This document shows positions 8,602-18,029 of a stretch of 32,000 nucleotides of DNA, piece after piece (the stretch's first letter is position 1; each line of letters opens with the position of its first letter). A program made the position numbers and the translations under genes. Source of the DNA: Candidatus Helarchaeota ASGARD archaeon Hel_GB_B (GTDB lineage Archaea > Asgardarchaeota > Lokiarchaeia > Helarchaeales > HEL-GB-B); NCBI GenBank assembly GCA_005191425.1, contig SUPR01000014.1, positions 16,638 to 48,637 of the forward strand, read 5' to 3'. The notes under the pieces are model-generated. The model saw only the letters and a program-made list of their open reading frames with translations. It was not told the DNA's origin and searched no databases.

Positions 8602-10399
8602 ATGGAAAACGAAAATCTGAATAAAGACCAAAAGGTCAAACAAAAATCAAAAAGGACTGATGTTTTTAAAAAATCTGGCAGTTCAAGAGTAATCGCTTCT
8701 GCAAGTTGGACTATATTAATAGCTGTTATCGGTGCAATCATGTTATTTATTTATCAAGTAATTGCCGGAAATTATTATGGAGAAAGTGGTGGGCTTTCAT
8801 ATTTTAGTGTGACAGCTGCGATCCTTGCCATTTCAACTGCTATAAGTGTTGGGACTGGACAAGCTTTTATTAAAATTGGAAAAGAGCGATACACAATTGA
8901 TGGAATAGAAAAAGGTAATATTAAAATAATTCAAATGTCTAAAATCAATATGTTATTTGGGTTGATTATTACTGGAGTCGTCCTAATAATTTCGGTATTT
9001 AATTTTACTGATCCAGTATTTTTCATAATATTAATTGGAGCTTCAAGTGGCATCTTAATCACTTATATTAAAGATATTTTAGGAAATATGCTGGGAACTC
9101 TTAATCGGTTTGATATGTTAGCCATAGTTGGAGGTATTTATGGAGTTATTGTCTGTATTTTTGGTTTCTTGATTATTTCTTTGAATTTACCGCCTCAATT
9201 TCTAGCTTTTATTCCTACTATTATGATAATTATAATGTTAGCCCTGTCAATTTTTTTCTACAATAAAATTAAGACTGTTAGTTTTAAGGATTTATTTTTT
9301 AGCTTGAAAAAATTTCCGATTGAAAAACGGTTTGCAAAACATTATATTATTTATGGAATTGAATGCACAATCAGTAATTTGGTAGTATTTGGTATTTTTT
9401 CTCATATTGTGTTAATAATGACTTTTATATGCTATAATTATTGGGGTACTTTTTTAGGGATCACAACTAGTGTCCTAAATATGACTCAAATTCTTACATT
9501 AATTGATTCTTTTGTTTTTATCGAAGTTGCTTTGATTTTTTTTTTCAGGTCCATTAAATGTTGAAGTCAGTGAAGCTTACGCAAAAAAAGATTATATAAC
9601 AATGGAAAAATCAATAAATGCAGTTGGAAGGATTGGTATAATTATTGCACTTCCTATATCTTTAGCCATGACTTTTATGGCACCTCAATTAATCAAAATG
9701 TTTGCTTTAGGGTCGGTATCAAAAGGTTCTCCTCCAATATTAGACCCTTCCTTATTCTTTCAAGCATGGCTTACACTCTCTATAACTTCATTTGGTCAAG
9801 CTTTCTATGGATTAGCATGTATATTTGGAGCTGCTCTAATTGGGGCAGGAAAAGCTAAAAAGGCAGCAATGGGCTTCGGTATATCCGCAGTCCTTCTTTT
9901 TTTAAGTACTCCTGCATTAATTTTTCTGGTCGGTATTATTGATGATTATTTCCCTATTTTTGGCGTTTCTACATATTCATTAATTGGAACTGGATTTGCA
10001 TTTTTATTAAGTGGAATATTTGTATTACCTTATTTAGCTCGGGCTACGAAAACTGTTCTTAAAATTAAATATGATCTACGAGTTAAAAGATTAATCCCAT
10101 GTTTAATTATCCTTGCAATATATCTTATTTTAATACCAATTGATTCTGGAGCTTCATTTTTACTAAATTATTTTCCCACTCTTGGATTTGATCTTTTAAA
10201 GTTAATTCTCTTAACAATATTTCTTCTTATAGGGACTCTTATTAGTGGCGTTTCACTATGCTTTTTTGGAGTGATCGGAAAAGGTGATGGTAATATTTTA
10301 AGAGATACATTTGCTTCATTTAAAATGGGGATATTAGCTAAAATCATAATTAAAATCGGAAAATTTATCTACTACTTAAATCCAATGAACCCTAAATGA
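8602..10399 (+). pseudogene. MATE/MurJ/polysaccharide-flippase (MOP superfamily) membrane protein split by a +1 frameshift into 8602..9564 and 9602..10399
   Basis: Both ORFs are highly hydrophobic. Removing one T from the T10 run at 9536-9545 joins them through LIFFSGPLNVEVSEAYAKKDYITMEKSINAVGRIGIIIALP, a typical MOP mid-protein motif, giving about 598 aa. Confidence 0.7.
9536..9545 (+). repeat. T10 homopolymer at the frameshift site
   Basis: ga-tttttttttt-cagg; the downstream frame is closed by TGA at 9533-9535, so the shift must lie at or just after this run. Confidence 0.85.
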
Positions 10400-10651
10400 A
10401 TTAAACAATGAGATAATTATAAATAAGATGTATTTGACCTTTTAGTATACTTAAAAAGGTGTATTTACTTCTTTTTAATTTAAAAAATTCAATCATTTCT
10501 ATTCATAAGTGCTTTTAATTTCTTGTTCAATCATATTCATAATATGCAATTAAATATGATTAATAAAGCTATACTAATAATTTAAAAAGAAATAGTAATA
10601 AAAAATTGGGTATATTATTAATTTAATTAAATGGTATTTGTGTGAATTTAA

Positions 10652-11485
10652 ATGTGTGATTATTGTCTAAAATATGGCGATGGACATAAATGGTATTTAA
10701 ATCCCAAAAACTTTTCGGAGGAAACATTACATTCTGCTCGAGTTCAACAAGCCAGGATCATAGAATTTTTGGGTGGTAATTATAAAATGGAATTTGAAAT
10801 TGGTGCAGCAACAATTATTGATTCGCTTATTCCAGATTTACATGACCACCACAATCTTGAGATTGTAAGTACAAAAGTAGAAACAATGCATGGTGGACAG
10901 GTTGTACCACTTGAAGATGCACTTAAAATTATCGATTTATGTAATGGTAAAACAATTATTGTCCCATGTTATTGCAGACGCCATTTTGGTGGACTAGAAG
11001 ATGTTATGACCTGTATGTTTTTACACCCAATTCCTGAAATGGTCCCAAAAAACCGTCCCTATGAAAAATATATAATTTTAGATAAAGAAGAAGCTAAAAA
11101 GAAATTACGCGAATTTGATAAGATTGGTTATGTTCATACAGTTTTCTGGGCACCAGTCCCGGTTCCAATAGTGATTTGTAATTGTGAATATCCATATTGT
11201 ATCGGTTTAAAGTCTAGATTGAATTATAATGTAGTAAACGCCACTCGTAAATCTGAATATATTTGTGTTGCTGATGATTCTAAGTGTGATGCATGTGGTG
11301 GAGAGCCAAAATGTATCAGTAGGTGTCAATTTGGTGCAATTAAGAAAAAAATATCTGAAAATAACAAAGTAGTGGTCAATCCCTCTCAATGTTTTGGATG
11401 CGGCGTATGCAGAGTTGCTTGCAGACAAGGTGCCCTTAAATTAATAGATCGCTCCGAATTTCCCGCATTTAAAGATGATTATTAA
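10652..11485 (+). CDS. 4Fe-4S dicluster domain-containing protein
   Basis: C-terminal CDACGGEPKCISRCQF and CFGCGVCRVACRQ cluster motifs; extra Cys motifs PCYCR, CNCEYPYC and N-terminal MCDYC. Confidence 0.85.
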   Translation: MCDYCLKYGDGHKWYLNPKNFSEETLHSARVQQARIIEFLGGNYKMEFEIGAATIIDSLIPDLHDHHNLEIVSTKVETMHGGQVVPLEDALKIIDLCNGKTIIVPCYCRRHFGGLEDVMTCMFLHPIPEMVPKNRPYEKYIILDKEEAKKKLREFDKIGYVHTVFWAPVPVPIVICNCEYPYCIGLKSRLNYNVVNATRKSEYICVADDSKCDACGGEPKCISRCQFGAIKKKISENNKVVVNPSQCFGCGVCRVACRQGALKLIDRSEFPAFKDDY

Positions 11486-11493
11486 GGAGGCGA

Positions 11494-11745
11494 ATTGCTA
11501 TTATCCACAAAAAATATAAATTAAAAGTAAATAGAAAACTTTGCATTGACCCCCTTGAATGTGGAATAAAATGCGTTAAAGCATGTCCTTTTAAGTTATT
11601 AGCATATATCCAAACTAAAACTCCACCACCTGGAGCTCCTCCAGAGCGATATAAGATTGTTTTCGCCTTTAATATTTTATGTTATAATTGCGGGAAATGC
11701 CAGGAAGCATGCCCAGTTAATGCTATTTCCATTAAATTAATATAA
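11494..11745 (+). CDS. Small 2x[4Fe-4S] ferredoxin-like protein; not in ORF track
   Basis: KYKLKVNRKLCIDPLECGIKCVKACPFKLL...LCYNCGKCQEACPVNAISIKLI*, with CX5CX3CX3CP and CX2CX2CX3CP motifs. Strong AAGGAGG RBS at 11484-11490. No in-frame ATG/GTG/TTG, so the start is uncertain (ATT 11494/11500). Confidence 0.8.
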   Translation: MAIIHKKYKLKVNRKLCIDPLECGIKCVKACPFKLLAYIQTKTPPPGAPPERYKIVFAFNILCYNCGKCQEACPVNAISIKLI

Positions 11746-12175
11746 TTAACGTATTTCTTTAATTATGAAAAAAGTTATAATCTTATTGTTTAATCAATGT
11801 TTATATTCTCCTTTTTTAACACCCCTCATTTGACAATTTATTTTTTCAATTAAAAAAATATTTTAAAGGAAATCTTTATCTGTTTTCTAATTAAAAATAA
11901 AATTTTATTAAATGAGTAAAGAACAAAAAATATACTTAAATAATATGAGTATTTTATAAGGAGAAATATTATTATAATTTTAAAACAAAAATTCCATTTA
12001 ATTTTTATTTAAATCAATAATGAAAAAAATAAAGACTTTTTTACCTATACTTTATTAAAAAATCATTAGATTAATCTTTAAACATATAAATATTTAAATT
12101 ACGAATAAAATAAAATTAATTAAATATATTTTATTAATAGTTTCATATTAAAGAAAATAACTCTTTTTATAAATT

Positions 12176-12181
12176 AGGTGA
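12176..12181 (+). promoter_or_regulatory. Shine-Dalgarno site AGGTGA
   Basis: 6 nt upstream of ATG 12188; the same motif recurs at 25919-25924 (-) and as GGGGTGA at 19975-19981 (-). Confidence 0.65.
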
Positions 12182-12187
12182 TTAAAA

Positions 12188-13903
12188 ATGGTTTATTATA
12201 AAGTCGAAGGAGACAGATTATGGTATAAATATTGGCCAGAAGATATTCCCAAGAATATAGACATACCTGATGATATAAGTATTGATGATATGCTTAAGGG
12301 TACAGTTTCAAAATATCCAGATTATCCTGCGATGGTATTTAAAGGAAAAACGTGGAATTACAAACAATTAGATGAAGCAGTAGATGCATTTGCAAAAGGT
12401 TTACAAGATTTAGGACTACAAAAAGGGGATAGAGTTTGTATTAATATGCCAAATCTTCCTCAATATATGATTGCATTTTTTGGAGTTATGAGAGCTGGTG
12501 GTGTAGTAAGTCCTATTGTACCACTCCAAAAGGCCGCTGAAATTCGTCACCAGATCAATGACTCAGGAGCAAAAATGTTGATTATACTTGATGTATTTTA
12601 TGAAGAAGAAGTTCAAAAAATAATTGATGAATTACCACTTGAAAAAGTAATTTTAACTGGTATTGGGGAGGCGTTAAAACCTTTTGTCCGAATAATCGGA
12701 AACCTCTTAGGAAAAGTTCCGAAAATGAAAAAATGGCCAACTGGTGATAAGTTTGTCAAATTTAAAGATTTACTTAAATCGCAAGGTAAGCCAAAAGAGG
12801 TAAAATTTGATACTAAAAATGATTTAGCAGTTTTAATGTATACAGGAGGTACAACTGGACTACCTAAAGGAGCTATGTTGAGTCATTTTAATCTTGTAGC
12901 TAATTGTTACCAATGTGAAGCTTGGATCCCTGGTACTGAACCTGGAAAAGAAGCGACAGTTGGTGCACTCCCATTTTCTCATATATTTGGTCTTACTACT
13001 ATGATGCTAGTTGCTATTAAACTTGGTGCTAAATGTATTCTTATTCCTGATCCAAAAGATATACCTGACCTTATTTCTAATATTGTCAATAATAAGGGAA
13101 CTTTATTTAGTGGTGTAAATACTCTATTTAATAAGATTAATAATGATCCCAAAGCTAAAAAATTTGATTTATCATGTTTAAATTCAGCTCTCAGTGGTGC
13201 AGGGCCATTAGCATTAGATGTCCAAGAAAAATTTGAAAAATTAACTGGTGCGAGAATTGTGGAAGGATACGGATTAACTGAAACATCACCAGTAGTTTCT
13301 GCAAATCCACTTAGTCAAAAAGGTAAAAGAAAGATTGGGACTGTTGGATTTCCATTTCCCAATACTGATGTCAAGATTGTTGACCCGAGTACAAAAGAAG
13401 AAATACCCCAACCAGGTAAGGAAGAAGATGTTTCTACCCACGGAGAAATTGCAGTTAAAGGCCCACAAGTATTTTTAGGGTATTATAATAGGCCCGATGC
13501 TACTAAAAAAGATCTTCGTGATGGATGGGTATATACGGGTGATATTGGGTATTTTGATGAAGACGGATATTTGCATATAATGGACAGGTTAAAAGACTTG
13601 ATTAAATACAAAGGGCACTCGGTATATCCACGAGAAGTCGAAGATTTGATGTATCAATATGAACCGATTAATGAAGTCGGTGTAATCGGAGTTAAACTAG
13701 AAAGTGGTGAAGAAACCATTAAAGCATTTGTCTCATTAAAAGATGAATATAAAGGTAAAATTTCAGTTGAGGACATTCAAAATTGGTGTAAAGAAAACAT
13801 CGCCGGTTATAAATGGCCCAGAATTATAGAAATTATCGATGAAGTTCCTACAACTAACGTCGGAAAAGTACTTCGTCGAAAATTAAGAGAACGCATAGAA
13901 TAA
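12188..13903 (+). CDS. Long-chain-fatty-acid--CoA ligase (AMP-forming, FadD-like)
   Basis: MYTGGTTGLPKGAMLSH, EGYGLTETSP, YTGDIGYFD, DRLKDLIK, PTTNVGKVLRR. Confidence 0.95.
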   Translation: MVYYKVEGDRLWYKYWPEDIPKNIDIPDDISIDDMLKGTVSKYPDYPAMVFKGKTWNYKQLDEAVDAFAKGLQDLGLQKGDRVCINMPNLPQYMIAFFGVMRAGGVVSPIVPLQKAAEIRHQINDSGAKMLIILDVFYEEEVQKIIDELPLEKVILTGIGEALKPFVRIIGNLLGKVPKMKKWPTGDKFVKFKDLLKSQGKPKEVKFDTKNDLAVLMYTGGTTGLPKGAMLSHFNLVANCYQCEAWIPGTEPGKEATVGALPFSHIFGLTTMMLVAIKLGAKCILIPDPKDIPDLISNIVNNKGTLFSGVNTLFNKINNDPKAKKFDLSCLNSALSGAGPLALDVQEKFEKLTGARIVEGYGLTETSPVVSANPLSQKGKRKIGTVGFPFPNTDVKIVDPSTKEEIPQPGKEEDVSTHGEIAVKGPQVFLGYYNRPDATKKDLRDGWVYTGDIGYFDEDGYLHIMDRLKDLIKYKGHSVYPREVEDLMYQYEPINEVGVIGVKLESGEETIKAFVSLKDEYKGKISVEDIQNWCKENIAGYKWPRIIEIIDEVPTTNVGKVLRRKLRERIE

Positions 13904-14031
13904 AATACTTATTTTATTCAATTTTTAAATCATTTTTTATATATTTTTTCTGATTAAACATGAATTTAATTTTTTAGAACAAAAAATATGAAAATAATTA
14001 AAAATAAAAATAGTTTGATTTTATATTTCTT

Positions 14032-15225
14032 TTAGATAATTGCAAATTTCCTTAGTATTTCTTTAAATTCTTCGTCAGTTAATGCTGATTTTCTTATTCC
14101 GCTTCCAAATAAATGTTTTTGCAAATAATTTGTAAGGTTCTTTATACGACTATCTTTTTCATTAATTTCAGGCATAAATTCTTTAATTTTATAAATAATT
14201 ACTTTTTTACCTGAATATGGGCCAACAAGTAATCTCCGGACATTTCCAACGCTTTCAGGGGGAAATGGTTCATATGTCTCTGGGTGCTGTATTATACCTG
14301 CCGTATGAATTCCTGATTGATGAGTAAAAGCATTCATCCCTACTATTGCCTTATTAGATGGAATTCTTACTTCAGTGGCTTTGGATATTTTTTTACAGAC
14401 TTCCGTTAAATATTTAACATTATATTTATCTACTCCATGGTGGAATTTTAAGTTCATTATTACTTTTTCTGTTTCTGCATTTCCTGAACGCTCTCCCATT
14501 CCTAACATAGTAGTTGATGCCCACTTACAACCATGAGATAAAGCAATTAAAGTATTTGAAACTGCATTTCCCAAGTCATCATGTCCATGATATTCAAAAT
14601 TGATTTTAAAATGAGTACATAAATATTCGATTTTATCTGGAATACTTTTATTAATTGAAATTGTCTCACTAGTATGATGTGGACTACCTACCCCTACTGT
14701 ATCACATATCCTATATGTATCTATCTTTAAATCTTCCAATAATTGAATAATCTTTAGCTCAAAATCCCAATCTGCTCTTGTACAGTCTTCTCCATGATAA
14801 AAAACTCTAAGGCCATGGTCTATTGCATATTGAACTATCTCTTCTATCCTTTTATATGCAGTTTCACGGTCTATATTTAATTTATATTTAAGATGAATAT
14901 CTGAAATGGGGTGTGAAATACCTACTTCTTTTATATTAGGAAGATGCAATGCGTCGTCTATATCACTTTTGTTAGCTCGAACCCAAATAGCAACTCTTGT
15001 TTTATCCGGAATTTCTGACTCCAATATTAACCTTGCAGATTGTCGATCAATGTCATACCAGGTACCAAACATTTCAATACGTTCTATATTAATTTTTGAT
15101 AATAATCTTGCAATTTCTAGCCTCTCTTCAGGGTTAGGTGCCCTAATGCCTGGCATCTGTACTCCATCGCGCAGCGTAGTATCGTCTATACACCTTGTCA
15201 TCATCTCTTTTTGAGATAAAGTCAC
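14032..15225 (-). CDS. Homocitrate synthase / isopropylmalate synthase family (DRE-TIM metallolyase), no C-terminal regulatory domain
   Basis: DTTLRDGVQ, YHGHDDLGNA (HxH), GERSGNA, VGMNAFTHQSGIH; 397 aa; GTG start after AAGGTG. Confidence 0.85.
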   Translation of the reverse strand: MTLSQKEMMTRCIDDTTLRDGVQMPGIRAPNPEERLEIARLLSKINIERIEMFGTWYDIDRQSARLILESEIPDKTRVAIWVRANKSDIDDALHLPNIKEVGISHPISDIHLKYKLNIDRETAYKRIEEIVQYAIDHGLRVFYHGEDCTRADWDFELKIIQLLEDLKIDTYRICDTVGVGSPHHTSETISINKSIPDKIEYLCTHFKINFEYHGHDDLGNAVSNTLIALSHGCKWASTTMLGMGERSGNAETEKVIMNLKFHHGVDKYNVKYLTEVCKKISKATEVRIPSNKAIVGMNAFTHQSGIHTAGIIQHPETYEPFPPESVGNVRRLLVGPYSGKKVIIYKIKEFMPEINEKDSRIKNLTNYLQKHLFGSGIRKSALTDEEFKEILRKFAII

Positions 15226-15832
15226 ATTAACACCTTTTAAAAAATTAAATTATTTTTTTAACAAAATTATGTAAATTTTTTTAGTTTTAAAAGAAAAATT
15301 AATTATTAATATGTTAAAATTATTTCTTATTTTTAAAATATTTCGACAATATGTGATTTTTTACAAAAAAATAGAATTATGACTTGAGTTTCCCGACAAA
15401 AACGTATGAATATTTTAGATCTTTATCTAATAACTTAAAATTTGAGAAAATCTTTAAGTATGAATGCAATTCAAGAAATATTCTATTTTTTAAATTTAGT
15501 ATATCAGAAAATTCATTAAAAATATAATATAAAAGATTAATTAATTTTGCGAATAGAACTCAATGATAAATAAATAAATAAATAATACGTTTAATTAGCG
15601 AAATCACATTTTCCTTAAAAAATGTTGTGTAAAATAGTTTAATAATGTTATAAAATTATATTCACAAGAATTTTGCTATTTAAGATCATAATAAGAATTC
15701 TTATGCTTATTAAATTTTTTTATATGATACAACAGCCAACGTCAAAGACCAAATTTTAATATTACTTCTTGGAAGTAGAAAAAAATTATATCCATCATCA
15801 TATTTTCTAAAGTTCTAAATTACAGTGTAGCT

Positions 15833-16072
15833 CTATTTATAATCCTTAAGGACTATAAACGTGTTGGTATTTGTAATACCCTCAATCATATCAATTTTAT
15901 TTATCATAATTTCATTAAGTTCTTCCATTTCATTTACATGAATTTCTACCATAATATCAAATATTCCTGTTAGGCTGGAAATTTGCTTTATTTGTTTGAT
16001 TGACTTTAGTTGATCAATAATTTGTTTCCATTTACCTGATTCAGCTTTTATTACCATTAAACCCTTTATAAT
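15833..16072 (-). CDS. Stand-alone Lrp/AsnC ligand-binding (RAM) domain protein, no HTH
   Basis: GLMVIKAESG...LTGIFDIMVEI...IDMIEGITNTNTFIVL pattern. The track starts at ATG 16057, but beta-strand 1 begins upstream; ATT 16072 lies 6 nt after GGAAGTGA. Confidence 0.8.
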   Translation of the reverse strand: MIKGLMVIKAESGKWKQIIDQLKSIKQIKQISSLTGIFDIMVEIHVNEMEELNEIMINKIDMIEGITNTNTFIVLKDYK

Positions 16073-16078
16073 AATGTA

Positions 16079-17521
16079 TCACTTCCTTTTTAATTCAAAT
16101 TCTATATGGTGATTTACTTCAATAACACATTCTAATTGTTTTAATTTATCTATAAAGTTTTTCAATGTATAAAATGTTGGAAAATAGGTTTTAATAACAA
16201 TATCATATTCACCTGCAATTACCATGATTTCACAGATATGTGGGTTATATTTTAATCTAGATAAAAATCTTTCTAACTTTTTAGGTTTAATTTTCATAAA
16301 TATAATTGATTTAATACAATGTTTTTCATGATAATATCTCAATAGCATCACGATAATCATTAAAATCATTGCAATTGTTAGTAAAAATAAGTCATAATTA
16401 ATTTCGTCCCCTATAAATAGTCCAATAAAAATGGAAGCCATGGGCTCAAATACACTCAGAATTGAGATCCATTGATCCCATCTAAGGGACCTAGAAGGCC
16501 AATTATTTTGACTTTGAAAATAAACTAGATATGGAATAATAGTACAATTAACTCCAATAGCCCAAGTCCAATAATTCTGAAAAATATATGGAATATACTG
16601 GAGTTCTTCAATAAATTTATTAATATCATTTGTCAAATAAATATTTTTAATTGGAAACAATGGATAAATGACAACGAATAAAATTAGTATGATTAAACTG
16701 AATAAAAAGAAAAATGAAACTTTAATTAATGATTTTACAAGCTGAAAATTTGTGCTTTTATCTTTAAAACTTAGAATTCGCTCTTTTTCATATTCCGTAA
16801 AATCATCTATTCCTGAAAAAATAATAAACAAAAACCAAAATATGATTGTTAAAATCAATGAAATGACCCCGAAAATCGTGGACTCTGCAGAAAATATTAA
16901 TGGTGCGCTTATTATTGTAAGAATTCCTGCAATAAATAAAGTAATTAAATAAGATATTTTAATTGAATTTAGATTTTCATATTTTCTTAGCATATTATAT
17001 ATCGCAATAATAATTGTAACCCCTACGGTGTTGATTATAGCAGAAAATATTACTCCAAGAAAATTATAACTTAAAAAATAAAATAATATACTGAAGAAAT
17101 AACTAAATCCTAGAAGAAAATAATAAATTATATAATAGAAATGCATTTTTTTACTTTTATAATTTAAATTTGTTGAATGATTTGGGAGGGCACTTTTAAT
17201 ATTTCTTTTAAAATCATTATAATTGAATTGGAACCACTCAAATAGACTATTTCTCTTCTGAACTTTATTAAATAAAATAAAAGAAAATATGAGAATAAAC
17301 CCAAAAATTGAGGCTATTAATACTCGAATAAATGTGATCATTAAAACTGATTCTAAATTTAGTTCAAGATAATAATAAGGCCATGGGACTATTCCCCATA
17401 ATATCGTTGTCATTAAAATGGCTATATGATTTACCCTTTTTAATAGCGAAATAATTGAAATTATAAATATTATGATAAAAAATACATTAAATAAGAGGAC
17501 TGAAATTGTTTCTTCAAGCAT
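16079..17521 (-). CDS. DMT/EamA-like multi-pass transporter fused to a C-terminal Lrp/AsnC RAM domain
   Basis: About 10 TM segments with EamA-like end ISILSVFEPMASIFIGLFIGDEI. The last ~80 aa (SIIFMKIKPKK...VIAGEYDIVIKTYF...IKKL) is a RAM domain. Confidence 0.7.
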   Translation of the reverse strand: MLEETISVLLFNVFFIIIFIISIISLLKRVNHIAILMTTILWGIVPWPYYYLELNLESVLMITFIRVLIASIFGFILIFSFILFNKVQKRNSLFEWFQFNYNDFKRNIKSALPNHSTNLNYKSKKMHFYYIIYYFLLGFSYFFSILFYFLSYNFLGVIFSAIINTVGVTIIIAIYNMLRKYENLNSIKISYLITLFIAGILTIISAPLIFSAESTIFGVISLILTIIFWFLFIIFSGIDDFTEYEKERILSFKDKSTNFQLVKSLIKVSFFFLFSLIILILFVVIYPLFPIKNIYLTNDINKFIEELQYIPYIFQNYWTWAIGVNCTIIPYLVYFQSQNNWPSRSLRWDQWISILSVFEPMASIFIGLFIGDEINYDLFLLTIAMILMIIVMLLRYYHEKHCIKSIIFMKIKPKKLERFLSRLKYNPHICEIMVIAGEYDIVIKTYFPTFYTLKNFIDKLKQLECVIEVNHHIEFELKRK

Positions 17522-18029
17522 ATTTTATCAAAATCCCTGAATTAAATCTTTTAATAAGGAATATAACTAATTAAATAAAAAATATATGGAGAATTTTGAT
17601 CGTACTAAATGAAATATACCATAAAAGATATCTAATTATCAATTAATTATAAATCTGATCAATTCGATTTAAAAAAAATATCTTGCACTAACATTTAACC
17701 ATTTTTAAAATAATTATTAGTTGTAAGGAATAACCCTCAAAGAAAAATGATGTAAATGACAAAAAATAAAAATGAAATTGAAAATAAGGATGAATGTAAT
17801 TCTCCAATAGGATGAATATTGATAGACCTAGCAAAAAAAGCTTATAAAGGTCTAAAATCGCTGATAAAAAAGAAATAAAAATATGGATCAGAAATACTTA
17901 TATCAATAAAATTGAGGGTATAAGTAATTGATTTGAATGCACCAATCAATTCTAATCTAACAATATTTTTTAGCGTATAATTATTGAAGAACAATTATGT
18001 TAAATAAAGATTAATGGTTTTGATTACAA

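Noticed and set aside
11746-12170. Long AT-rich intergenic tracts (also 1675-1830, 6733-6918, 19982-20360, 21748-22190, 27285-27746)
   Set aside because: Many TATA-like and oligo-T elements are present, but at this AT content individual promoters or terminators cannot be assigned.
15384-15527. 47-codon TTG-started plus-strand ORF (MSFPTKTYEYFRS...) in the long intergenic region
   Set aside because: No RBS, no motif and no similarity recognised; compatible with chance.
16079-16081. Selenocysteine recoding of the in-frame TGA
   Set aside because: The position is an inter-domain junction with no Cys-homologous context, and the TGA doubles as part of an RBS motif.
17850-17960. Stop-interrupted A-rich segment reading ...IRNTYINKIEG..., faintly like a transposase N-x-IEG motif
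   Set aside because: Too short, with no terminal inverted repeats, target duplication or other DDE motifs; an IS remnant cannot be supported.
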